Shown here in pieces: positions 36,350 to 50,242 of a stretch of DNA of 64,000 nt. Numbering within the stretch: the stretch's first letter is position 1; each line of letters begins with the position of its first letter. Both the position numbers and the translations under genes were made by a program. Source of the DNA: Selaginella moellendorffii (lineage: Eukaryota > Plantae > Lycopodiophyta); assembly GCF_000143415.4 (NCBI RefSeq), contig NW_003314327.1:644775-708774 (forward strand), in the 5' to 3' direction. A model generated the notes under the pieces. It was not told the DNA's origin and made no database searches. It saw only the letters and a program-made list of their open reading frames with translations.

Positions 36350-37519
36350 GCCGCGATCCAGGTCGTCAAAAATGCTATTGTAACGATCGCGGCACTGCCC
36401 GGCAAGGCATAGGAGATTGCCTTCCGCATGGCACTCCATCGCTTCACAGTAAACATCCGTAAAATCCAAGATGGTGCTCGCAACACCTCACGGTAGTGGC
36501 CACGATCTTCCAGGGGCATCCGTTCCACGCTGACAAGATCAAAGGTCTCGACTTTCGAATCAGTCTAGATCTAGAGTTCCAGATCTTTGCAGGAATGGTG
36601 GCAACCATGTCCAGGCACACGCAAAGCTGACAACTGGGAGACGCTGGTTCGAAATGCTGGCACCGGAGAGAAAACTCTCAATGATCTTCCTGTGTGAAGC
36701 TCGAACAAGCCGGGTTTGGGGCCAGTTTTAGCACCTCGATAGCCACTGTCAAGCTCCTGCGTCTATTGCTGGCTTTGCAACGGCGGCAAGCCAGGGATTC
36801 ATCAGGTAAGTTCACGTTCTTATATATAAACAAAACTTCATGAGTCTACTATTTCTTCCTCTGAATCGCAAGAGATGTGTGGAGATTGGTTCCCGGCGGG
36901 CTCTCACGGGGAGTGACTTGCTCGGCACGATGCTTGACAGCAACTGGGACGACGAGCTTACCATCGCGGAGAGCACGACCTTCTACACAACCAGGAACGC
37001 CTCGCTCACTTTGTTATACTCGTGGGTGATGCTGCTCCTGGCCTGCAGGAGAAAGCCCGCGTGGGAGTTTTCGCGAGAGGGAAGCACTAGAACAATACAA
37101 AAGACAATAGTGTTCTCAGCATTATACTATTGTCTTTCACGCAGGTGGAAACGCTGCGACTTCACCCTCCAATAGCGATCATCCCTCGAGTGGCACTCAA
37201 GGATTGCTACGTTGACCACCTCTTCATTCCAAAAGGGCCGGCAGTATCCGTGCACAATACCGTGATACAACACAGTCCCGGACTTTATTCTCGATCGCTT
37301 TGCAAATGGGAGCCTGGCGGCGTGCAAGCATCCCTCGAGTTTCATGCCATTCTCGTTTCGAGCACGAGCTTGCATCGGCAGACCAAGATCGTCATGGCTT
37401 CCCTGTTGCAGCGATTCCAGTGGAGTGATTATCGTCATAACCCCATAGTTTCCGGGGCTTTGGTTCCCAAGAACGGAGTTTTAATTGTATTGGCGCTGCT
37501 TGGCGCTAAAGAAGATTAG
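36350..37519 (+). pseudogene. CYP450 pseudogene (deleted and frameshifted paralog)
   Basis: GSDLLGTMLDSNWDDEL and ETLRLHPP are present. Heme region frameshifted, internal deletions. Start approximate. Confidence 0.85.
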
Positions 37520-38086
37520 TTCTTGGAGTTTCTTCTTGTCCAATATGCCAATCTTGATTCGCGGAAAATACTAAACTGTGGTTGGCACATCATAGCCAGG
37601 AAGTCGGCACTGGAGCGACATCTCATCCTCTCTCCTTGAGTGACATCTCATCCTCTCTCCTTGGCCTTTAATATTGTCAATTTGGATAGTTTATAGATTG
37701 CTCTGTGCAAATTGTTAGTATCTTACATTGTTACAGACACTTACAGATCGGTCCATGCGTTTTTTCTTTTTCTTTTTCTTTTTCTTTTTTCCTGAAGAAG
37801 GAAAACGTCTGTCAGTGGTGAGGGAATAAAACGAGTATGAGCAACAACAAGCTCCGGAGAGAGCGCGGAGCGCAGCCAGTCGCGGTTCTGGACGAGGGTC
37901 TGTGGCGCTAGGAGAGCTCTTACTCCTGGAGGAGCTTTTAGACTCGTGCTACTTCCCCCATCTCGACAGTATCAGGAGGCGAACGATTGAGAAACATAGC
38001 GATGCAAATGCGGCAACGACAAGCATGAAAGCAAACGCTTTACTGGGTAGGTTGAGAAGCTTTTGCATTTTCTTGAGTGCCGTGTA

Positions 38087-38525
38087 AGGGAAGCACTAGA
38101 ACAGCTCAAGGTATAATACAAAAGACAATAGTGTTCTCGGCATTATACTATTGTCTTTCACGCAGGTGGAAACGCTGCGACTTCACCCTCCAATAGCGAT
38201 CATCCCTCGATTGGCACTCAAGGATTGCTACGTTGACCACCTCTTCATTCCAAAAGGGCCGGCAGTATCCGTGCACAACACCGTGATACAACACAGTCCC
38301 GGACTTTATTCCCGATCGCTTTGCAAATGGGAGCTTGGCAGCGTGCAAGCATCCCTTGCGTTTCACGCCATTCTCGTTTGGAGCGCGAGCTTGCGTTGCG
38401 TTGCGTCAAGTCCAGGCCGCTGCAGCGATTCCTTGTCACCTGATTATCGTCACAACCCCATAGTTGCCGCGACTTTGGTTCCCAAGAACGGAGTTCCAGT
38501 CGTATTGACGCTGCTCCACTCTTAA
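38087..38525 (+). pseudogene. CYP450 last-exon fragment
   Basis: Near-direct duplicate of 37079-37500. Confidence 0.85.
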
Positions 38526-38629
38526 ACTTGATCCTCTTGATGACCTTGGCTCAAAGTTAGAAGATGGCAAGACCTGGGATCTGCATTAATGTACAAGTTC
38601 AAAAGCAAAAAATAAACAATTTGCCGGTA

Positions 38630-39801
38630 CTATCTGTTGATGGGTGTGTGAAGACGGTCTTCGATTTCCCTCACCGCTGCCACGGACATCACCAGAGTGT
38701 CGTGCAATAAAATGCTGTAAACGTTCAATCCCTGCACGAAAGAAACTTTGTTTTCTCCGAAAGAATCTGGAAGGGACGGCATAACGCACCTTTGCTGGAA
38801 TGACGTTAACTTCCTTGACATTTCGGCATGCGAGCGTGATCTCTCGCCCCATCTTCTCCACACCATCCACAATCAGCACTCTCCGGCAGCCCAAGTTTGG
38901 AACGAGCTTCATGAGCTGTCGCGTTTTGTGAGTTGGAAGATCAACATTGTCGAATAGCATCAGCTGCGAGTCACACACCAAGCCATATGAGTCCAAGGAG
39001 AAAGGAAGAAACCGTTTTTTCCAACCTTGCGCTCAGCCACCCGTGCGGACAGAGCGATTTTCAATCCGAGCCTTCGAACTTTCTTGTTGAGTTTGTACTC
39101 GTAGCTTCTCGGCTTGGGACCGTGTGCCACTCCTCCACCTCTAAACTGAAAATACACACGAAGGGAATGACAACTCAAAGCTGGAATAAGAAAGACTCAC
39201 TTGAGGTGCTCGCCTGCTACCATGCCGAGCTTTTCCTGTCCCTTTTTGCTTGTTTATCTTCCTCGTTGAGCCCGCCACTTCGCCTCTAGTCTTCGTACTG
39301 TGGGTTCCCTGTAAGAAGAAAGGAGGAAGAACGAAGAAAACGCGTAAGAACCAGGCAGAACTAACAGGAAGCAAAGGAAGAACAAGAGAAGTAGAGAAGG
39401 AAAGTTTTAGAAGCTGACCTTACGTCTCTTAGCTCTCTGCCACTTGACGACATGATGAACGATATCTTTGCGTATTGGAACGTCGAAAATGTCCCCAGCG
39501 ATAGTCACAGTCCCTTTGTCCTCTTGCTCCCAATTCGTGACTGGCAGCACTACATCTCTCATTTCTCCTGGATAAAAGAAGAAATTACAGCGCAGAGATC
39601 CATCGCGAACGATCGAAGTGCCACATTCTTTACCTCGCGTCGCAGCGACAATGTGCCTGGATTGGATCCATTTGCAGCAATGCTGGCCGAAGGAAGAGGA
39701 CGAGGAGGTGGAGGAGGAGCGCAACACCGTCTGGAGAATGCGGAATCCGTGAGTGATCGCGGCGAGAGGGAAGAGCTTACCGAGAGCAAGGCGCGGAACA
39801 T
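38630..39801 (-). CDS. RPL4: Organellar (probably mitochondrial) 50S ribosomal protein L4, multi-exon
   Basis: [40 protein letters not shown]...[26 protein letters not shown] and [14 protein letters not shown], with a targeting-peptide-like N-terminus. Confidence 0.9.
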
Positions 39802-39853
39802 TACGCCCTAGAAATCTCCTCTAAAACCCTAAAGCCCGGGGGGGTTTTTGGCT

Positions 39854-40835
39854 ATGGCGGCATTGATTTTGCTCGCTCCCTCCCCTCTCTCCTCTCGATT
39901 CTACTCCACATTGCAATGCGGGCATTCTTTGACGCGCCAACGCCTAGCGCTTGCTGGATCGCATCCGATCACAGCGCGATTTTGCGTCGCTGGTGCTGAA
40001 TCGGGAATGCCGGAACAAGAAGATCAACCAGGAGCGCCGGCTGGAGGGATCGATCCACAGCAGCAATTGCCACAGGGATCCAATCTCTGGCAGGTAACGA
40101 TTTCTTTTCATTTGTCTCAAGTCTCTTTTGAGCTAGAGTTTATTTCTTCGTTCTCCCATTTGTTCTTCGTCCATAGCTAGAGCTACACTCTTCTTTCGTC
40201 GTCCATAGCTAGAGCTACACTCGTCTTTCGTCGTCCATAGCTAAAACTTCTTTCTTTGTAGTCTTTGAGTCTACAAACTTTGATTTTCTTGGCTACTTGT
40301 AATCTAGAATATCTTTGCTCTTTGTACGTTCTTTGTTGCTAGACATTCTTTTTATATAGAGATTTAACGCACGATTGAACAGATGGACGCGACAGCATTG
40401 CGAGCAAAAGTAGCGGCGCTGGGATTATCCGCAGTTCTTGCCTATGGTCTCTTTGATGGAATCACATACACGACGTTCTTTGTTCTAGCTTTCCTTGGAT
40501 ACGAGAAGAGCACAGGACAAAATCCAGCCGCCAACCTCAAAGCACTGCTCGGCGTAAGAGTTTCTTCCTTGCATTTTCTAAGCTCTTAGCTACAATCTTC
40601 TATGCTTTCGTTCCAGATCGTTGTGCTAATGTGGACTGGGAACAACGTCACGAGACCATTCCGAGTTGCCGGAGCAGCGGCATTGGCACCACTTCTCGAC
40701 CGGGCACTCAAGAAAATGCAAAAGCTTCTCAACTTACCCAGTAAAGCGTTTGCTTTCATGCTTGTCGTTGCGGCATTTGCATCGCTGTGTTTCTCGATCG
40801 TTGGCCTCCTGATACTGTCGAGATGGGGAAAGTAG
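39854..40835 (+). CDS. Conserved plastid-targeted membrane protein of unknown function
   Basis: Transit-peptide-like exon 1, then LGLSAVLAYGLFDGITYT...MWTGNNVTRPFRVAGAAALAP. Confidence 0.75.
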
Positions 40836-41198
40836 CACGAGTCTAAAAGCTCCTCCAGCGGTGAGAGCTCTCCTACTTGTTTCATTCCCTCACCACTGAC
40901 AGACGTTTTCTTTCTTCAGGAAAAAGAAAAAAAAGAAAAAGAAAAACAAGAAAAAACGCACCGACCGATCTGTAAGTGTCTGTAACAATGTAAGATACTA
41001 ACAATTTGCGCAGAGCAATCTATAAACTATCCAAACTGACAATATTAAAGGCCAAGGAGAGAGGATGAGATGTCACTCAAGGAGAGAGGATGAGATGTCG
41101 CTCCAGTGCTGACTTCCTGGCTATGATGTGCCAACAACAGTTTAGTATTTTCCGAGCGAATCAAGACTGGCATATTGGACAAGAAGAAACTCCAAGAA

Positions 41199-41985
41199 CT
41201 AATCTTCTTTAGCGCCAACCAGGGTTATGACGATAATCAGGTGACATGCTCCACCGGAATCGCTGCAACAGGGAAGCCACGACGATCTTGGCCTGGACTT
41301 GGGAGTAAACTCGGCCGATGCAAGCTCGCGCTCCAAACGAGAATGGCATGAAAGCCATGGGATGCTTGCACGCTGCCACGCTCCCATTTGCAAAGCGATC
41401 GGGATTAAACTCGTTTGCGTCCTCTCCCCACATCTCGGCACTGTGTTGTATCACGGTATTGTGCACGGATACTGCCAGCCCTTTTGGTATGAAGAGGTGG
41501 TCGACGTAGCAATCTTTGAGCGCTACTCTAGGGATGATTGAGATCGGAGGATAGATCGCAAAATCAAATGGGACGGCCATTGATTCCTCGTCCCAGTTGC
41601 TGTCGAGCATCGTGCCGAGCAAGTCACTTCCGTGAGAGGCAGCATTGGTTTTGCGCGTGTGAGCTCGACGGGAATCAATGGCCGCACGGAGCAAGCGATG
41701 GATTTCTCTCTTGGTTCTCCATCTCTCCCGATTCAGAGGAAGAAATGGGAGACTCCTGCCATGGAGGATGGAGTTTTGTCTTAATGAAATGATCTAACAA
41801 AGCTTACCTGATGAATGGAAATACCCATACATATTTGGCTTGCCGCGCTTGCAAAGCCAGCAAGAGACGCAGGAGCTTGACAATGGCTATGGAGGTGCTA
41901 GAACTGGCCCCAAACCCAGCTTGCCCGATGATGCGTGCTGTGAGATCCACAAACTCGGGAAAAACATCGAGAGTTTTCTCTCGAA
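41199..41985 (-). pseudogene. CYP450 pseudogene, 5'-truncated with internal deletion
   Basis: FSFGARACIG, FNPDRF and GSDLLGTMLDSNWDE are present. The I/K-helix region is deleted. Confidence 0.85.
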
Positions 41986-42073
41986 GTTTGCTGTTGACAA
42001 GAATATTTTAAGAATATTCTGCCACACTAAAAGATTTTAGTGGTAATATTTTTATTAAATAAATATTTTAAAC

Positions 42074-43588
42074 TGTGAGGGCCAAGTGTACGGCTATAAT
42101 GCTGTATACTAATATTAGCGTAATGGAATTTTAGTAGCCGTTAGATTGGTTTCAATCCAAACCGCTCATTCCTGTATATAAATTAAAGTCTTTGGGCTAA
42201 TTAATATGCACATTTTCTGTATTCTTTTTTCATATTCCAAACACTCACATTGGTGGAAATGAAAGGCACCTTTGAGTGTCCTTGAGGAGTGTTTGGATTT
42301 GGGATTTTAGTTTAGTTATATTTTTTGCATTGTCTAGATTTAACTTTTTCCATTTCCTTTCTTTTGTTCTTTCTTTTCAGGATTTTAGTTAAATCTAGCT
42401 TTTTGTATTGTCTAAATTTACCATTTCCTTTTAGCTTTTTGTTATTTCTCTTCTTTTGCTCTTTCTTCGTTTAGCTTCATGGCAGATCAATAATTTCTTC
42501 CTTTGACTTTGGAGCAGTAGTTGGTACAATTGCTTGATGCTATGTGCTTGCAATTGAACAACTAAACTCAGTTGATAGCGGCATTCACGGCACATGGTAG
42601 AACTCCTCCTACTTTTGGTGCCAATCTTCGTGTTCAGTCGGAGTTCTTTTGCAGGAATCTTGGGGATGATGTGTACCATTAATTCGATCACTTCACAATG
42701 ATTTCCACATATCATTCTTGGGATGATGCTTGATGTTTGTGTGAGTTTCCCACGTGTCTCCAAATGACAGTGTTGCAATGGTACAATGGTTTGAGCATAG
42801 CCACTTGTGGGGATTGGAGTGTTCTCACGGATGTCTTCAAACGCGCTTTTAGACATGCCGATGATTATGATGATGCATTCTAACAATTGCATCGTCTTCG
42901 CCAAGGGCCATCTGAGTTAGTGATGCAATTTGGTGTTCGTTTCCGAAGTTTTTTGTTTTGTGTGGAGTCAAATATATCGGAGCGGACCAAGCTAGGAATG
43001 TTGTGGTTAGCATTTTGTCAAAATCTTGTCGGACTTGTGCATGCACTTGCTCTTGCCACCCTTGATAATGCTCTTCGCTTGGCACAACATTATAAGACGT
43101 CACCTCTTCCACTTCTCGCTGCACGTCTTTTAGCCGCCACTCTTGACGATGCTTTTCGCTTGGCACAACGTTATGAGACATCACCTCTTCCACTTCTTGC
43201 TGCACGTCCTTCAGCTCCACTTCCTATGGGTGATAGTCCTGTTCTAATGGAGGTTGATGCTACTGTTGCTTGACTCCAAGGACAAGGGTGAGAACGTGGT
43301 CGTGGCCGCGATGTTTGCTGCTAGGCATATGATGAAGTTGGTCATACTTATAGGTGTTGTCGGTGTTTTCCGGATTGGCGACCTTCATTTCCTGGGTGGA
43401 GACCTTGGCGTTAGCAACGTCCTGTTGGTGCTGCTGCAGTGGAAGGTTTGGACACTAAGATACATCTGGGAAATGAGGAGTCGCGTAATAACAGAGGGAC
43501 CTTGCGTGAATAAATCAGTGATCCCTCCATTTTTCTTTTGGGAGCATCATTAAGGGGTTCACTCGGTACCGATTCATCTAGTGCTTAC
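42074..43588 (+). mobile_element. Truncated family A gypsy copy (5' LTR 42074-42249, PBS, degenerate gag)
   Basis: Colinear with 1173-2610, with an internal duplication near 43050-43210. Confidence 0.9.
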
Positions 43589-46500
43589 TTGGTATTAAAG
43601 CTATTCCTTAGTCTAACTCTTTTTGATAATCAAATATATCAACATTTGATATTGATATTAAAAGGTCCCAAAAGTGGTTATATTCTTAAGGAGTAACATG
43701 TCAAAAGGGTATAGCTCTCCACTTTAGTTCATACGCAAAAGCCAACTTCAACATTGAAGCTAACAAGTCAAAATGCCTTCCCTAACAACTTCTAACAAAT
43801 GGAACAATGAGAATAAAACTCAAAGAACCAAAATCTTGAAGAAGTCTATAGCTAAGTCTTGTCTACCAATGATCACAAGTCTCGCATGAACTAACTTTAA
43901 TGCTAAAGAAGAAATCATGGCACAATCCATAATATCGTCCTCAACACATCCATAAACTAAACTTCATAATGCAAAGCTAATGAAGAGCATATATGCATTA
44001 ATCCAAAAACTAAATACAATGGAGTTATGCTCAACAAGTGATCACTAAACAATCCTCCATGAATCCATCTATAGAAGACGTAACTCACTTCCTAACAAGC
44101 ACAAGACAAATTATCAATGGTTGATATATTTCAATTCAAACCCAATAAGGATTCAAACATTTCAATATCGATCACTAACTCTTTGTCTCGTAAAGTTAGC
44201 ATAGTCCATGACTAAACCGCTTTTCAAGGAAAAGCTCAAATCTCAACCTTGACTAAGCAATCTTATCTAGAACACAACTAACTCAACTTGCCACTCAGTT
44301 CATTTGAATGTCAATACAGTTGCTAACTAGCAAATGCACAAATGCTAACAACATAAAGCTATTACCAAATCATCAATATTATCTTTATCAAGACTAATGA
44401 AACTCAATATCAATCCTAAGGAGAGACATTTCATTTCACTCAAATTTCAACATCGACAATGTCAACAACAGGGCATCACTTCAATGCCATCAACACCAGA
44501 AAAAAACTAGAAGAAAGCAAAAGTGAATCACCACTCAAAACTCTTTAGCAACTAAGCTAACCAAAGTCAAAGATACTTTACTCGTATCCAAGACTAATCC
44601 TCCAACAATACTCAGTTATAGATAACATATTATCAAGGAGTGATTCACCACATCTAAGACTCAATGAAATCCAACACCACGAACTAAATGCAACCAAATG
44701 ATATCAACAGAGGTAAAGTCGACATGCCAACATGGAAAACCCATGTAAGTCTAATGACACGATCCTCCGCAACACCATTCGGTAAAACAAGCCCATCACT
44801 GCTAAATCATCATTGAGTGAAGCAAGTGTTAAAAGTCTTTGACGAAGTCTACAAGTAATCACTAGTTGCAAAGCAACCAACAATCACTCTTCAACTTGCC
44901 TTCACAAGACCCAAACACTAAACCCATGTCATCAAGTCATATACTTTGCCCAACATGAATGTAATACTCCCAGGTACGAGATAAAGGTTCACAAACAAGC
45001 ATAACTAAATGACTACTCGAATCCAACTCAATGGCAAAAAGCTCACTAATGCATTTAATCAATAGCTCTGAGTATGTCTTGAAGAGGCTAGCTATGCATG
45101 ATCAACACTCAGTCGAAACTAAAGTGAAGACCATGAGATGGACTTATATCGGTACACAACCTCCTTATAGACAAAGCTATAATACGGGTACCAACATCTC
45201 AAACTCAAACAACTAAGTTGGACATCACCATCCTTAGCCAAGGCGCAAGGCCACCAAGACCAAGTCAAGATTAGTGAGAGCTCACTATTCTCATAGAGTC
45301 TAAAAAAATGCAAGGTGCAATCTGCCACCTAGCACAATACTACAAAAGAAAGGCACAAAGGTCACCTTTCTAGAAAAGCGCAACGGCCACTTTTCTACAC
45401 TAACTCCAGACTCTATCCAACTCAATTGCCTTAGCCCCAAAAGTTAGCATCCTTTTTGGGCTACATCATACAAACTACCTACTAAAGTCTAAACTAATCA
45501 AAGTCAACTCCAACCCCTTCACTAGTTTATACTGGTTTATGAAAACGGAATGGTTTTCGGACAAAGTGATCAACAGATCAGCCATTGAAAAAGTCTAAGA
45601 AAATTTATGGAAAATTTTCCATCTTAGAAAAAGAATGACTCTTAGTCCAGAAATACAAACTTCCAATACTCAACCAACTTCCTTCTACCTACAACTTCAC
45701 ATAGGTTCACCTCAACACCAATTCTCATGACCCATAGTATGCTTAAGCTTTGAACATTTTTTTACCTATACTTCCGACATCTAACACCGACATCCGCAAA
45801 ATGCAAAATGAACATCCAAGGCTTGATCACGAAGACCACTTCTTCAGATATCCACATTACATTAACACTCTTTTTCAATCACCTTCAAGATACAATGTAT
45901 ATCCTCGAATTGCTAATGTGCCTCACTCATGAGCCCAAGCTCAAACTCATGCTAACGATTCAGCTTATTCCATCCTATGAGCCCAAGAGCAAGCTCACAT
46001 CATAAGGTACAGCAAGGTAACCAAATTCATACCCAAGGAACGATTGCGAAGCCTTTGCACCAAAGCGTGTACCCACTCGGATCATCGTTTTCATCTCTGC
46101 ATATGTAATGAAACTAATTGCCCAACCTCATTGAATATACTCACTGAGACTCATCCTTTGATACCAAATGTAGCACATGTGGTTTTGACCCTTTATCCTA
46201 TGGTGATTTACCATAGAATAACACCACAAAGCGGAACCTAAACCCTCTTTGTGCCACATGACAGATGCCACGTGTCACATGCCATATGTCCAAAAGAACG
46301 TGGTGTGGTACCCAAGGTTCAGGGCCTTGGGCCACTGAACGAAGGAACAGTGCCAAACTCCCAAGCATGGAGCCAAAGAATGATGGAACCGGATCACGAA
46401 GTAACTCCCGAGCATAAAGCCTAAAGAGTAAAGGGACAGGAACCCGGAGCAACTTGGAACAGTCCTAGAGTAACCAACATCCCAATGCCAAGACCAGCAT

Positions 46501-47105
46501 GCAAAACGGAGCCAAACGGAGTCAAACGCTATTTTGGCATACCGGTGGCCTAACGCAAAGACATGGGTACTCCACCAACTAGCATAGAATGGAATTTGGG
46601 CTTAAACCCAAGCCGAACATAGAACAAGGACAAGCACACAAGCGGGAGCTAGTCTATGCCTCGGGCTGGTTAGCCATGCCCGACCTACCCATTATCCCTA
46701 CTATACATTTGGAACCCCCTACAGCCCCCCCCCCCCCACCACCAATCTCAATATGCGAGAGTTCTTGTCAAGCCAGTGCAAGACAAAGCAAAAGATAATT
46801 AAGAGCTAGGCCGAGTATGCTCAGCTAGAAACAATAGGAGTTCCTACCTTATGTCCATTTGGCTAAATACAGGTGCTAAGCCCAGTAAACTAACACTTGA
46901 ACAAGAAGGGCTGATAAAGGGAACCAGCAATACCAACCTCCTGCCAACGTGGCAGTAAGGTAAGAGTGTTCGTAAGGACTGACTGACAGGTAATTTTCGA
47001 TACCCGAAATCACATTCACGACAGTAATCTAGCAAGAACACAATTGAGAATGAGTTCCATATTTCCTTTCTTCGAGTTAGAGAAGAGTACTATTTAGGTG
47101 TAACA
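43589..47105. mobile_element. Highly degenerate retroelement-derived sequence beginning with a family-B-like PBS and leader
   Basis: TTGGTATTAAAGCTATTCCTTAGTC... matches family B TTGGTATCAGAGCTGTTCCTTAGTC... for about 150 bp. The rest is unclassified and ends in ...GTAACA. Confidence 0.5.
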
Positions 47106-48829
47106 ATATTTTGAGATATGAAGAAAAGAAATCATTGGAAGTTTACCAGCATTTTGGTTTAGTTCATTTAGTCAACCTTATAGAATTTTTGTAATCAAGT
47201 ATTGTTTAAAGCTGAATAATATTTTCACCTCAACTTCATTATTTTTTATCAAATACACTCATTTTTAAAAGGAGAGTTTTATTTCTGATTTAATATTTTC
47301 TTAGCTTAAAAAATTAATGATAATGTGGCAAACAGTTTGTAATGAGGAGGTAGAACTCCTAAAAGGCCTGGGGTAGGTGGTCGAAGAAAAAATTGTGCAA
47401 CTTTGCAAAATATATAAAAGAAAACACATGTGTGCTTAAATTTTTGTTGTATGATATTTTTGAATATTATGTTTAAATTGTTGTAATACATATATATGAC
47501 TTACAAAGTAATATTTTGAACATTATTTTGTTTTAGGCATGAGTTCTTGCCTGCCATATATGCATGGCAAAGTCCAAATCAATGCTATATGCATTGCATA
47601 AATTTCAATTTCAAGTTAGCAAGTTAGATTTTTTGACATGTCAACTTTGGATTAGAAGGTGAGTGCACTAGTTAGATTTTGAGGACCTACCACAAACTAA
47701 GGTTCTAATTGTTGTTTACTTGGGGCACTTTCCCTTGTGAGGGTAATAAAAAATATTTTGTGAGTGGTTTTGCAATGTATCAAGAAGTTTTTGTGCTAAA
47801 TTGAGAAAAGGCTTGTAAAAGAAACTATGATGCTGAACACCCCAAACACTTCATGAAATACTTTGCCCTTCAATCAATTGCACTCACCTTTGTGCTAATT
47901 GATTGCTACCTAAATTAGGGTGCTGCACTATAAACAAACTATGAAAAAAGAAGCACTTGCAAGCTATTGAAACACTGTGCTTACATTAGGGTACTTTGTG
48001 CCCCAAGTAATGAAAAATGAGCCAATAGCTATGCAAAATGGGAGGAGAGAGGTGATCATAATCAGGAAATCACAAATTTACACTAACAAATGCATAAAAT
48101 TAAAAAAACCTTACTAAATTTATGATTACACCACATCATCTAAGATGATATAGCATCAATCTTATATAGCTGTTTGAGGTGTCATGCTCTATGAATATAT
48201 CACTTTAAAAGTGTATTTTTGCATGGAACTCAAATAAAAAAAGTAAATCTGCAGTGTAGATATATAATGTAAGATATGCAATCATATATTCATTACCATA
48301 CACGTCAATTAAAAAAAGGAAAGTCTCCCAAAGAGCTCAACTTAACATCCAAAAAACACTTACTTGATTTCTCCAAATTGTTGTAGCTTATATCTAGGCT
48401 TCTATAGCTTGATTAGCAATATTTTTTTGCTCATTTCAGTTTATTCACACATCATAATGCTATTCCCTGATATCAGAAGGCATGTTGCCAAAACAATCTC
48501 TCACCTTGGAGGAAAGTGGTAAATTCTTATCAATTAGCACAAGTTCTATATTAAATTGAGTTTCTCCCACACTGCTGAATTTGAGCTAAAATTTCAATTT
48601 TAGCCACACAACTCAGAAGTTACTTCTTCTTCTTCTTCTTCTAGCATGCAATTGGAGTTTAAATTATTAATGTGAATGCATCATTTATTTCCTCTTTAAC
48701 TCACATTCAGCAGCCCCTGATTTTGTGAGCTCCAATGTCTTCTCTTTACTGTCAAATGTTTGAGAACATTGCAGGAAATGATGCGAGTTCTCTGTGGTAA
48801 TTTTTTAAAAAAGATTTGGTCGCAATACG

Positions 48830-50170
48830 TTAAACAAGCGAGCTCTCCAGAGTGTGTAGCTGCCTAGAGCCCAGCAGCTTGGCCGTAAGTTCCCAAGTGA
48901 CTATAGCAGCCGCGTTAGCTGGGAAAGCTCGCACCAAAGTCGGGCCCAAGCCGGTGTAAAGACCTCGGAAGCCAAGCTCTCTCCGGATCTGCAAGTGTTT
49001 GTAAGATACGATGATATATTGAATCGAGCTCGAACTGAAACAAACCTTTCTCAAGTTGAACAGCAAGCTCCTCGACTCGCTCAAGTCGAGTGCCGTTTGT
49101 ATCCGTGTCTTGGCTACGTCAAATGGTAAAACTGCTACCCAAAACTGCACAAAGAACTCTTTTAAGTTCTTTACGAAAGTGGAAATAAGAAAAAGAATTG
49201 CACCGCCATTCCAGATACTCCCCCGCTAACAATTCCAACGACAGCCTCGAAGAGTGTCTGGGAGAATGAGCTTGCTTGTAGCCGGGAGGATAAACTTGTC
49301 TCCTTTGAAAGGTGCGACAGCATGAACGACCGACTCGTCTCATATGTTGCAAAAAAGCACATATTTCCGACACATTCCCTGAAAAATGTAGCTGACAGTC
49401 CTCGAAACAATCCTGGAACCTGAGGAAAGACCATCAAGTTTTCTTCAGCAGCTTATTGCTTACCCCTCCAGCGTGAATAGTTTTTTTTGCACAATCCAAT
49501 GGACCGGAGTATCTTCGCAGCTCTTTGCTCGAAGAACCCTTCTCTTGAACCTGGAGCCTACACTGGAACAGGAAAATTCAAGCTAGGTGAAAGGATTTTA
49601 AGAGACAATGAAACCACACCTTAACTAGTTCCGTAGGACAGAGTATCAAACTGATCATTCCTCCACCGAATGCTGCGGAGGGCAGCACAGTAGAAAGATT
49701 GGGTGTTCTTGCTGCTGCCTCTCCTCCCTTCCTAAGCAAAGCACCAAGAGAAAAATCACTGAGAGAGAAAAACTAAAACATCGCGCAGATAGTAGTACCT
49801 GCAATCTTGCTTTTGTCTGTGAATAAATGCCGAACAGCAGCGAGCCTTCAACAGCCATGCCGGCAAAAGAAGATGTAGCACCTTTGTACAAACCTCTTAC
49901 CTGGAAACTCCACAAAGCGAATCAAGTTAGAAGAACAAACCCAAGTGGACACTCTTACCCCTTCGTGATTGAGAATCCATCCTGCACAGCGAATGGCGCT
50001 AGCATGCGCTACTGGGCTTCGGGCTTGTAAGTTCACCTGGACAAAAACATCAATGCCACCCCTGGATCAGAAAAAAAACAAACCTTGACAGTGTCGAATG
50101 GATGCCCGACGGTCACAGTCGCCAATCCAGCCGCCAGTCCTGCCGCATAGTCCTTCACGGCATTCTCCAT
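48830..50170 (-). CDS. BAC1: Mitochondrial carrier, basic amino acid carrier (BAC1-like), multi-exon
   Basis: MENAVKDYAAGLAAGLATVTVGHPFDTVKV, PTELVKCRLQ, LPFDVAKTRIQ and GLGPTLVRAFPANAAAIVTWE. Confidence 0.85.
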
Positions 50171-50242
50171 GCTTTTTAGGGCTCCGAAAGATCCTCTGCT
50201 TTTGAGGAAAATGGGGGAGAGAACAAAACGAACTTTTGACTG

